64,000 bases of DNA from Actinomycetota bacterium (GTDB taxonomy: Bacteria > Actinomycetota > Thermoleophilia > Gaiellales > Gaiellaceae): assembly GCA_003162055.1 (NCBI GenBank), contig PMNA01000023.1, positions 9,713-73,712 on the forward strand. The letters run 5' to 3'. A program made the translations under genes and the position numbers. Below the pieces are notes generated by a model that made no database searches, was not told the origin of the DNA, and was given only the letters and a program-made list of their open reading frames with translations. Numbering within the stretch: the first letter of the stretch is position 1; each line of letters starts with the position of its first letter. Shown here one piece after another: positions 47,463 to 55,217 of this stretch.

Positions 47463-49268
47463 ATGCGTAAGACCGCCAAAGTGAACACGACCCTCGACGG
47501 CCACCAGCTGTTCGAGGCGCTCCTGGCCGGGTTGCACATGGTCCAGCGAAAGCAGGACTACCTGAACAAGATCAACGTCTATCCGGTACCGGATGGCGAT
47601 ACCGGCACCAACATCACCGCGACACTGTCCTATGCGCTCGAGACGGCGGAGGTGACGGATTCGGCGGGGGAGACGATGTCCTCGATCGCCGACGCCGCCC
47701 TGGTTGGTGCGCGCGGCAACTCGGGCATCATCTTCGCCCAGTTTCTGAGTGGGCTCTCGGAGGCTATGCGCGACGCGCAGAATGTGGCCAAGGAGCACTT
47801 CGTCCACGCCGCCGAGAATGCCCGCCTCCGCGCCTACGAGGCCGTCACGAGGCCCAAAGAGGGAACGATGCTCACGGTCATGCGCGCCTGGGCCGAGGCG
47901 CTGCACCATGAGGCCGACTCCGCCCAGTCGATCGCGGAGCTGCTGCGCAAGGCCGGGCCCGCACTGGCCGACTCGCTGGAAAAAACGCGCGACATGCTTC
48001 CCCAGCTAAAGGCGGCCGGGGTCGTTGATGCCGGCGCGAGCGGTTTCGTGGAGTTCATCGCCGGGGCCGAGCGCTTCATCAACGGCAAGGTCAAGGCCCC
48101 CTTCCTGGCGCGCAGGATGGGCTCGCACAAGCTCTCCTTGGGCGACAAGATCGAGCTGCACGAAAGCGGCGAGGTCCGCTTCCGCTACTGCACCGAGGCG
48201 CTGATCGCGGGTCAGGCAATCGATCGCGAGGTGCTCCGGAGTAGCCTCGAGCCCTTCGGCGACAGCCTGATCATCGCCGGCACGGGCGAGCAGGTGCGGA
48301 TCCACATCCACAGCGATCAGCCGGCTCAGGTGTTCGCCTCGCTGACCTCGACCGGGCGGGTCGTGCAGCAGAAGGTCGACGACATGCTCCTGCAGTACGA
48401 GGTCGCGCACCGGCGCAAGTATCCGATCGCCATCGTCACCGACTCGACCTGCGATCTGCCGCGCGAACTGATCGACCAGTACCAGATCCAGGTCGTGCCG
48501 CTGCACATCATCGCCGGCGAGAACGAGTATCTGGACAAGCTGACGATCGACTCCGAGGAGTTCTTCGATCTGGCCGACCGCTCGCCGCAGTTCCCGACCT
48601 CGTCGCAGCCCTCGATCGGCCTCTTCACCCGCATCTTCTCCTACCTCTCCACCTACTACGACTCGATCATCGCCATCCATGTTGGCGGGGGGATCAGCGG
48701 AACGGTCAGCACGGGCGCGCAGGCGGCTAAGTCGCTTGACGGTGCCAAGCAGATCTCGGTGATCGACTCGCGGCATATCTCCGGCTCACTCGGCCTGATC
48801 GTGCTGCGCGCCGCGGAGGCGGTGGCCGCGGGCAAGAGCCACGACGAGGTCGTCAGCGAGGTCGAGAGCTACATCCGGAAGGCCCAGCTCCTGGTCAGCG
48901 TGCACACGCTCGAGTACTTCGTAAAGGGCGGACGGATCAAGCCCATGGCGGGAGCGCTCGGCAAGTTGCTCAATCTGAAGCCGATCATCTCCGTCGACGC
49001 CGAGGGCAATCCGATCCGCTTTGGCAAAGCCTTCAGCGAGCGACGGAACGTCGCCAAGATCGTCCGCATGGTGGCGCGCCGGCATGCCGAAAGTCCGCTC
49101 CGCTGTTACGCGGTCGTGCACGGGCACGATCTCGAGGCCGGGAAATATCTCGCCGCGAAGCTCGAGAAAGAACTCGGATTCCCGCCGCTCTTCATCGAGG
49201 AGATTGCTCCGGTGCTGGCCCTTCATGCCGGCCGCGGAACCACCGCGGTCGTCTCGATGCAGGAGTAG
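47463..49268 (+). CDS. DhaL(Dak2)-domain / DegV-domain fusion protein (FakA N-terminal half fused to a FakB-like fatty-acid-binding domain)
   Basis: 601 aa. The N-terminus has YLNKINVYPVPDGDTGTN and GARGNSG (DhaL nucleotide site). The middle has FRYCTEALI...GDSLIIAGTGEQVRIHIHSD (as in FakA/YloV). The C-terminal ~280 aa read IAIVTDSTCDLP...VVPLHI...FPTSSQPSIG...ISGTVSTG (DegV). Confidence 0.85.
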   Translation: MRKTAKVNTTLDGHQLFEALLAGLHMVQRKQDYLNKINVYPVPDGDTGTNITATLSYALETAEVTDSAGETMSSIADAALVGARGNSGIIFAQFLSGLSEAMRDAQNVAKEHFVHAAENARLRAYEAVTRPKEGTMLTVMRAWAEALHHEADSAQSIAELLRKAGPALADSLEKTRDMLPQLKAAGVVDAGASGFVEFIAGAERFINGKVKAPFLARRMGSHKLSLGDKIELHESGEVRFRYCTEALIAGQAIDREVLRSSLEPFGDSLIIAGTGEQVRIHIHSDQPAQVFASLTSTGRVVQQKVDDMLLQYEVAHRRKYPIAIVTDSTCDLPRELIDQYQIQVVPLHIIAGENEYLDKLTIDSEEFFDLADRSPQFPTSSQPSIGLFTRIFSYLSTYYDSIIAIHVGGGISGTVSTGAQAAKSLDGAKQISVIDSRHISGSLGLIVLRAAEAVAAGKSHDEVVSEVESYIRKAQLLVSVHTLEYFVKGGRIKPMAGALGKLLNLKPIISVDAEGNPIRFGKAFSERRNVAKIVRMVARRHAESPLRCYAVVHGHDLEAGKYLAAKLEKELGFPPLFIEEIAPVLALHAGRGTTAVVSMQE

Positions 49269-49285
49269 CCGGCCCAGGCCGGCCG

Positions 49286-50053
49286 CTAGCGGCGTCGCGG
49301 CAGAGGCACCAAGATACTCGTCCGCCGCTTGTACTCGCGGTAGGCGGGATCGGCGCCGTACCTGGCCTCGGCGCTCTTCTCCAGCAGCGGAATACCGCTC
49401 ACGAAGAGCAGGAGCACGGTGATGAAGATGGGCCCGATCGCCACGACGAAGGCCGCCCCGTCGAGGAACGGCACGGCGTAGACGAACAGCCCCCACCAGA
49501 CGAGCATCTCGCCGAAGTAGTTGGGGTGGCGGGAGTAGCGCCAAAGGCCGTTCGAGACGAAGCGCCCGCGGTTTTCGTCTTTGCCCTTGAAGGCCGACTT
49601 CTGGGAGTCGCTGACAGCCTCGACCAGGAGCCCGACAAACCAGAGTGCCACGCCGGCGATTGCCCAGGTCCCGAAGCCCGGAGCGCCGTTCTGGTCGAGC
49701 AAGTAGGAGACCGGAAGCATGATCACGCCGACAGAAATGGCCTGCAAAAGCCAGAAGTTAGCGAAGCGAAGCGGGTGGTTGCGCATCTCGTCGAAGCGGT
49801 GGTCGATCTTGATCCGCAGGATGCGTCCGAACAGGTAGCCGCCCAGTCTGAAGGCCCAGAGGAGCACCATCAGGGCGGCAATCAGCTGCACGGGCTTGTG
49901 CGCGCCCAGAAACGGAAGCACGAGCGCCAGCACGGCGAACGAGAGGCTGTAGGAGAGGTCGGTGACGACGTCGGTCTTGCGAATCGCGGCGATGACGAAG
50001 AAGACCGTATTCACGCCCAGGGCAACCAGGTACGAGACGATGATCGCGGTCAT
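49286..50053 (-). CDS. DUF1295 / steroid-5-alpha-reductase-like polytopic membrane enzyme
   Basis: 255 aa with about 6-7 TM segments. The signature C-terminal region reads GLWRYSRHPNYFGEMLVWWGLF. Confidence 0.8.
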   Translation of the reverse strand: MTAIIVSYLVALGVNTVFFVIAAIRKTDVVTDLSYSLSFAVLALVLPFLGAHKPVQLIAALMVLLWAFRLGGYLFGRILRIKIDHRFDEMRNHPLRFANFWLLQAISVGVIMLPVSYLLDQNGAPGFGTWAIAGVALWFVGLLVEAVSDSQKSAFKGKDENRGRFVSNGLWRYSRHPNYFGEMLVWWGLFVYAVPFLDGAAFVVAIGPIFITVLLLFVSGIPLLEKSAEARYGADPAYREYKRRTSILVPLPRRR

Positions 50054-50074
50054 CCAGTCATCCAGTCATCCGGT
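50051..50074 (-). repeat. three tandem octamers (minus strand ACCGGATG-ACTGGATG-ACTGGATG) at the heliorhodopsin/DUF1295 junction
   Basis: The plus strand reads catccagt catccagt catccggt. See the findings for the resulting chain of ATGA overlaps. Confidence 0.95.
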
Positions 50075-50869
50075 CAGAGTGGAGGCGAAGATCTGCCAGG
50101 CCAGCAGGCTCTTGGCAACCAGCGAGAGCACGAGATAGGCGCGCTCGCCGAAGAGGTAGTCGCGCCAGGGCCCGACACGCTTGTACTGCAGCAGCATGTT
50201 CGCCGCGAAGCTGTTGAAGAGGATGAACAGCGAGACGAAGATGGCGAAGACGAAGCCGGGCACGTTGCTCGTCTGGTTCTGGCAGTAGCCGATCTGGATC
50301 GCGATCGCGATCCAGGGCACCGCGCCGGCGATCGAGCCGAAGACGAAGGGGAGCCAGATCACCGGCCGGCCGGATCGGTTCGCGCGCTCCGTCGCCGCAC
50401 CGAACATGATCATTGCCGCGTTCACCCCGAAGAGCGCGATCAGGGCCGCCAGGTCACTGATGCCGGTGAGCATGGCGATCAGCACGATCATCAGTGAGGC
50501 GCTGAACGAGTACTCGAGCCAGCGCGCCGGGCTGCGCTCGATCGCCAGGTTGCGCTCGTACCAGCGGTGGATGCGCGGCGCCGCCACCAAGGCGTGGTCG
50601 AGCGCGGCCAGAAGCAGGAAGAGCGCCACCATCGGCCCGATACGCAGGTTGTAGATGTTGTTGGTGCTTGGCTTGGTTCCCGGCGGGCCCTTGAGGAGGC
50701 TGAGGGTCAGCGGCAGCGTGAAGGAGTTGGAGAGGGCGAGGATGACGATGGCCTGGGCGGCGTGCAGCACAGCCAGCGAGCCGTTCCAGATGCGCAGTCG
50801 CCGGTAGGCGGCGATCTCTGCGGCGACTGCCTTCTCGGTAAGCGGCTTCGAGCTCGGCGAAGAACTCAT
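50066..50869 (-). CDS. heliorhodopsin (inverted-topology retinal-binding 7-TM photoreceptor)
   Basis: 267 aa, 7 TM segments. It is colinear with my recollection of heliorhodopsin 48C12: LAVLHAAQAIVILAL (TM1 His), LLLAALDHALV (TM2 His), RWLEYSFSASLMIVLIA (TM3 counter-ion Glu), FGVNAAMIMFG, IAGAVPWIAI, LFNSFA and GERAYLVLSLVAKSLLAWQIFASTL (TM7 Schiff-base Lys). Confidence 0.85.
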   Translation of the reverse strand: MSSSPSSKPLTEKAVAAEIAAYRRLRIWNGSLAVLHAAQAIVILALSNSFTLPLTLSLLKGPPGTKPSTNNIYNLRIGPMVALFLLLAALDHALVAAPRIHRWYERNLAIERSPARWLEYSFSASLMIVLIAMLTGISDLAALIALFGVNAAMIMFGAATERANRSGRPVIWLPFVFGSIAGAVPWIAIAIQIGYCQNQTSNVPGFVFAIFVSLFILFNSFAANMLLQYKRVGPWRDYLFGERAYLVLSLVAKSLLAWQIFASTLTG

Positions 50870-50956
50870 CCCTACCAGTCTCTCACCCAGGCGGGAGAAG
50901 CCAAACTCGGAGTTTGTTTATCCCGTCCATAACTCTGTCCGCTTTACTTTCGGGAG

Positions 50957-51733
50957 ATGGATATCTCGAATCAACCAGTGCCCGCCTACAGGCCGCCCGA
51001 GCGACCGCCCGAGCCTCCGGAGATGCCGAAGTTTCTCAAGCGGCGCTCGACAGTTGTAATGGCGATCGGTTTCGGCGTAATGCTTCTGATCGCCCTGGGT
51101 CGGTTCGGTCCCGGTAGCGCCACGATCAGCGCCAAGGGCGTCGGGCCGCTCGAGATCGGCAAGGCGACGAGGACGCAGATGCAGAGCTTCGACAGGGGTC
51201 GCATCGACTTCTGGTTGACGCAGAAGGGCAATCCTCCGCTCCATTTCAAGGGCCAGCTCTGGCAGTACGGGTGTATCGGCCAGAGAACGAGTTTCGGCGC
51301 GAGCTGCCGCACGCTCTACGGCATCACAAACGGGCACGTAGCAACCGTCGAGACGACCAGCCCGCGGTTCTTCACCAGCGCGAAGACTCATGTTGGAACG
51401 CCGTTATCGCAGGCCCGCAGGCAGGAGCACGGCAAGTGGACGGGCTGGAATGTCAAGTGCCCGCACCTCATCCTGGCGGCGCCCAAAGGCGTTGTCTTCT
51501 TTGCCTCGGTCTCGAAAGACAAGTTCTATTCGAAGAGCTTCGTGAGCGGCTTTTACCTCAGTGCGACGCCGTCTTCGTTCGCCTACTGCAGCGGGCAACT
51601 GGGCCGAGCCGCGGACAATCGAGACGGCCAGGTTGCTGGTCAGGGGCTTTCGCCCCGACGACTGGCGAGATCTGCACGAGTATCCACCCTCCTGGAAGCT
51701 GCTGGAACGCCTGTCGCTGCGACGAGAGGGTGA
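50957..51733 (+). CDS. hypothetical membrane-anchored protein (3' end probably corrupted)
   Basis: 258-aa ORF. A Pro-rich N-terminus and a TM segment (VVMAIGFGVMLLIAL) precede a globular part with 4 Cys. The last ~45 codons overlap the GNAT remnant in another frame and look non-native (Ala/Arg/Gly-rich). Confidence 0.4.
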   Translation: MDISNQPVPAYRPPERPPEPPEMPKFLKRRSTVVMAIGFGVMLLIALGRFGPGSATISAKGVGPLEIGKATRTQMQSFDRGRIDFWLTQKGNPPLHFKGQLWQYGCIGQRTSFGASCRTLYGITNGHVATVETTSPRFFTSAKTHVGTPLSQARRQEHGKWTGWNVKCPHLILAAPKGVVFFASVSKDKFYSKSFVSGFYLSATPSSFAYCSGQLGRAADNRDGQVAGQGLSPRRLARSARVSTLLEAAGTPVAATRG

Positions 51734-51839
51734 TTTCAGGGGATTTGCGTTTTTCCGCCGCGACGAGGGCAGCGAGCCGCTCTGGCATGACGCCTACCAG
51801 TACGCGCTGCTAGCCGAGGAGTGGAGGGCTCTCGGCTAA
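51615..51839 (+). pseudogene. GNAT (RimJ/RimL-type) N-acetyltransferase remnant with internal deletion
   Basis: The translation TIETARLLVRGFRPDDWRDLHEY (a typical GNAT N-terminus) runs directly into LERLSLRREGDFRGFAFFRRDEGSEPLWHDAYQYALLAEEWRALG (a typical C-terminus). The ~90-aa acetyl-CoA-binding core is missing and there is no obvious start codon. Confidence 0.45.
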
Positions 51840-52921
51840 CGCGTTACCTCTCGGGCGGTCGTTTCGCTCGCCAGGGCCGGCTCTCCGGGAGGAGTACTCG
51901 GGCGGTGACGGCGCCAGGTCGCGCCCGCGATCAGGCCGAGCACGAGCGTCGGCACGAGCGTGAGGAAGCGGTAGAGGAGCACGGCCGCCACGACGCCCGC
52001 GTTCGAGCCGCCGAAACCGGTCAGAACGGCGATCAGGCCCAGCTCGACGACGCCGACCCCGCCCGGCGTGATCGGCAGGGACTGCGCCAGGCGAACGATC
52101 GAGAAGGCCGCGAAGGCTTCGATCAGATCGACCTGTCCGCCGCTGACACCGAGCACGCGCAGGCTGGCCAGCAGGACTAAGAAGGTGGTCAGCTGCCCGG
52201 CCAGTGTCCAGAAGGTGAGTAGATACCAGCGCCGGGCGATCAGGCCGACCGTCTCGTTGCGGAAGCGGACGAAGGATGACCCGTTGAAGCGGGACGGTCC
52301 GCGCCGGATCAACCGCAGCAGAAAAGTGGCGACGCGGGCAGCGAGGTCGCCGGCCTTTCGCGTGATGCGCTTGCTGGCCAGGCCGAGCGCGAATCCGCCG
52401 GCGAAGACGCAGAAACAGGCCAACCCGACCAGGGCGACCGTTTGCAGAAGAGGGTTCGCGCCTCCTTCGAGGGTGAGAAGGGCGAGCGCGACGGTCGGAA
52501 AGCCAAACAGGGCGAGTTGATTCCAGACCCCGGTGAGCGTCGTAGCTCGGGCGATGTCCTGCGGCTTAAAGCCCCAACCTTTGAGCATCGCCAGCGAGAC
52601 GGCTATGCCCACCGTCGGGCCGCCGGGCGCGATGTAGGTGGAGGCGGTCGATGCCTGGTTGACGACGAAGGCCTGGCGATAGCGAAGATGGGGCAGCGCA
52701 ACCATCCAGGTCGGCCCGTAGGTGCTGAGGTTGAGGACGACCGCCGCCGCCAGGAGCGCGGCCTCGCTCCAGGAGAGGCGTTCGAGCACGTGCCAGACAG
52801 CTCCGTAGTTGGCGATCTGGGGCAGCACGAAAGCGAAGGTCGCAACGACGAAGGCCAAGCCGATCGCGATCCCGATCGTAGGGCGAAGCAGTTTGTGCTG
52901 CCGGTGCCTGGAGACCGTCAT
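51836..52921 (-). CDS. lysylphosphatidylglycerol-synthase-TM-region-like (UPF0104, flippase-like) membrane protein
   Basis: 361 aa with about 8 TM segments. The C-terminal signature reads ITPGGVGVVELGLIAVL. Confidence 0.75.
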   Translation of the reverse strand: MTVSRHRQHKLLRPTIGIAIGLAFVVATFAFVLPQIANYGAVWHVLERLSWSEAALLAAAVVLNLSTYGPTWMVALPHLRYRQAFVVNQASTASTYIAPGGPTVGIAVSLAMLKGWGFKPQDIARATTLTGVWNQLALFGFPTVALALLTLEGGANPLLQTVALVGLACFCVFAGGFALGLASKRITRKAGDLAARVATFLLRLIRRGPSRFNGSSFVRFRNETVGLIARRWYLLTFWTLAGQLTTFLVLLASLRVLGVSGGQVDLIEAFAAFSIVRLAQSLPITPGGVGVVELGLIAVLTGFGGSNAGVVAAVLLYRFLTLVPTLVLGLIAGATWRRHRPSTPPGEPALASETTAREVTR

Positions 52922-53120
52922 CTGCGTTACAGCGTAATGCCGCGGCGCCCGGGCGCGAAGAGGCGCTTTGGCGGGCAGCAGCGGCCCGCCATCACTGATC
53001 GAGCCGGACGGAAGGAGGAGGCGGAAAGCGCCCGTACGTACTACCGTTTGCAGATCCGGTTATTGCGCGCGATCCTCTGCTGATGATTCCACACTCCCTC
53101 CACACCGGCAGCCTCTGGCG

Positions 53121-54329
53121 ATGACACCGCTGAGCTCGGATGAACGCCGCCTGAGGCGTGAGGCGAAACGCCGGCTCGTTCTTCGCCGTCGGCGCATCGG
53201 CGCGCTCGCCTTCCTTGCGCTCGTTGCGCTTGCCTTCGCCCTCGGGCTCATCTCCAGCGGCGCCCTGGGCGGGCACGACGCCGCCGCGGCCGACCCCGTC
53301 CTCTCCGGTTCGACGACGACGCAGACGACCCAGACCGGGACGACCGCTCCGGTAACGATCGGGGAGGCCAAGTCGACCTCGCGCGGACGGCTGGGAAGCG
53401 GCAGAGCCGTCACGCTCGCCTTCGGCGGCGACGTTCATTTCGAGGGCATCGTGCGCAGCAAGCTGAACGCCAGCCCGAGCTCGGTCATGTCGGCCATCGC
53501 GCCCGTGCTCGAGAAGTCCGATCTGGCCATGGTCAACCTCGAGACCACGGTCAGCTATCGCGGCTCGCCGATTCCCGGTAAGACCTATACCTTCCGCGCT
53601 CCACCCTCGGCCTTTCGCGCACTCAAGTCGGGTGGCGTAGATCTGGCCACGGTCGCCAACAACCACGGCATGGATTACGGCCTGACCTCCTTTCTCGACA
53701 CGCTGCGTTACGCCAAGCGCTACCACTTCCCGCTCGTCGGCGGCGGTCGCAACGCCGCCCAGGCCTATGCGCCCTACCGGGTCACGATCAAGGGCCAGCG
53801 GATCGCGATCCTCGGCGCCACCCAGGTGATCGACTCCAATCTGATCACCTCCTGGACTGCCGGAGCCGGCAAGCCCGGGCTCGCCTCAGCCTACAACGTC
53901 GGGCGCCTCACTTCCGCGGTCAAGGCCGCAAGGAAGAAGGCCGACACGGTCGTCGTCTACCTGCACTACGGAGAGGAGCGGCACCCTTGTCCCGACAGCA
54001 TGCAGGTCAGCATCGCCCACAGCTTGATCGCCGCCGGCGCCGACATCGTCGTCGGCTCTCACGCCCATCAACAGCAGGGCGGCGGCCGGCTGGGCCGGGC
54101 CTTCGTCGACTATGGGCTCGGAAACTTCGTCTGGTACTCGCAATCGAGCAGCGCGAGCACGACCACCGGTGTGCTCGAGGTGACCGTCACCGGCCGCCGC
54201 ATCGACGGCTACAAATGGGTGCCGGCGCGGATCGTCGGCGGCTCGCCCACGCCGCTGGGCGGGAGTGCCCGTAACGCCGCGCTTGCGAGCTGGCGCGGAC
54301 TACGCGGCTGCACGAATCTGAGCCGCTGA
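53121..54329 (+). CDS. CapA family (metallophosphatase-fold, poly-gamma-glutamate capsule-synthesis-type) membrane-anchored protein
   Basis: The ORF is open from 52968. I prefer the ATG at 53121 (MTPLSSDERRLRREAKRR followed by a TM segment). Motifs are VTLAFGGDVHFEG, DLAMVNLETTVS, TVANNHGMDYG, VVVYLHYGEE and VVGSHAHQQQG. Confidence 0.8.
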   Translation: MTPLSSDERRLRREAKRRLVLRRRRIGALAFLALVALAFALGLISSGALGGHDAAAADPVLSGSTTTQTTQTGTTAPVTIGEAKSTSRGRLGSGRAVTLAFGGDVHFEGIVRSKLNASPSSVMSAIAPVLEKSDLAMVNLETTVSYRGSPIPGKTYTFRAPPSAFRALKSGGVDLATVANNHGMDYGLTSFLDTLRYAKRYHFPLVGGGRNAAQAYAPYRVTIKGQRIAILGATQVIDSNLITSWTAGAGKPGLASAYNVGRLTSAVKAARKKADTVVVYLHYGEERHPCPDSMQVSIAHSLIAAGADIVVGSHAHQQQGGGRLGRAFVDYGLGNFVWYSQSSSASTTTGVLEVTVTGRRIDGYKWVPARIVGGSPTPLGGSARNAALASWRGLRGCTNLSR

Positions 54330-54346
54330 GCTAGGCTCGATTCGGT

Positions 54347-54982
54347 CTAGCCCGGCAGCCAGTCGCGATACTCGATATCGGCGCCGGGCTGGAAGCCGGC
54401 ATAAGCCTCGTCTGGCTCACCGGTCTCGGTGTCCACGCCCGCGCCGTGACTCCGTGCCAAGTCGCTGACGGGGTAAACCACGCTCCCGCCGCTGCGACTA
54501 CCCACTGCCAGGATTGCGCAGGGGCCCGCGCCTGCACCGACGAAGACGTGCTCCGCCCAGGGTGGACAGTGGACGAAATCCCAGGCTTTCAAGGAACGTT
54601 CTCTGCCCTCGATCAGGAGCAGACACTCGCCCGAGAGGACGAGGAAATCCTCCTGCTCGTTCTCGCGGTGGTACATGCAAGAGGGCTGGCCGGGCTCGAG
54701 CACACCGATGTTGATCCCGAGCTGCTGAAAACGCGCGTCGCCCTCGAAGCGAGTGAACGCTCCAAAGTCGCCCTCTTGCCAGCGCGCGTCGCGCGCGCTC
54801 AAGACAAACCAGCCGTCGCCTTCGGGGGCGAGCCCGGCGCCGGCAGATTCGAGCGGAGCCTCGGGAGTCACAATCCGATTGTTCCATGCCCACCTCTCGA
54901 TCGCTACCGAAGCGTGGCGAGATGTGGTTCGATTGGATACCAGGAGCGGCATCACCTCACGCCGTCCCGCGCAGGCAAGCAC
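54347..54982 (-). CDS. cupin domain protein
   Basis: 211-aa ORF with an uncertain start (54952 is possible). The cupin core reads GVLEPGQPSCMYHRENEQEDFLVLSGECLLLIEG...VHCPPWAEHVFVGAG. Confidence 0.6.
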   Translation of the reverse strand: MLACAGRREVMPLLVSNRTTSRHASVAIERWAWNNRIVTPEAPLESAGAGLAPEGDGWFVLSARDARWQEGDFGAFTRFEGDARFQQLGINIGVLEPGQPSCMYHRENEQEDFLVLSGECLLLIEGRERSLKAWDFVHCPPWAEHVFVGAGAGPCAILAVGSRSGGSVVYPVSDLARSHGAGVDTETGEPDEAYAGFQPGADIEYRDWLPG

Positions 54983-55217
54983 GGATGGTCGTTCGGGGCC
55001 TGTCGGGCACCACGTTTTTCCCCCGCCACCGAGCCACCCGCCCGCGGGGTCGTTTCAAAGTACCTGCAAAACAGCGCAAGGAAGTCACAAAAGCGGTCTG
55101 AGTTGGTGTTAATAGCGCGCCATTCCCTTTGTCCGAAAACGCCGTTAAGCTCGCTGCGTCGTGAGCGGCCGCCGTTACGCTTCAGTTCGCGCACTCGAAT
55201 CCGAAAGGAAGACAACC

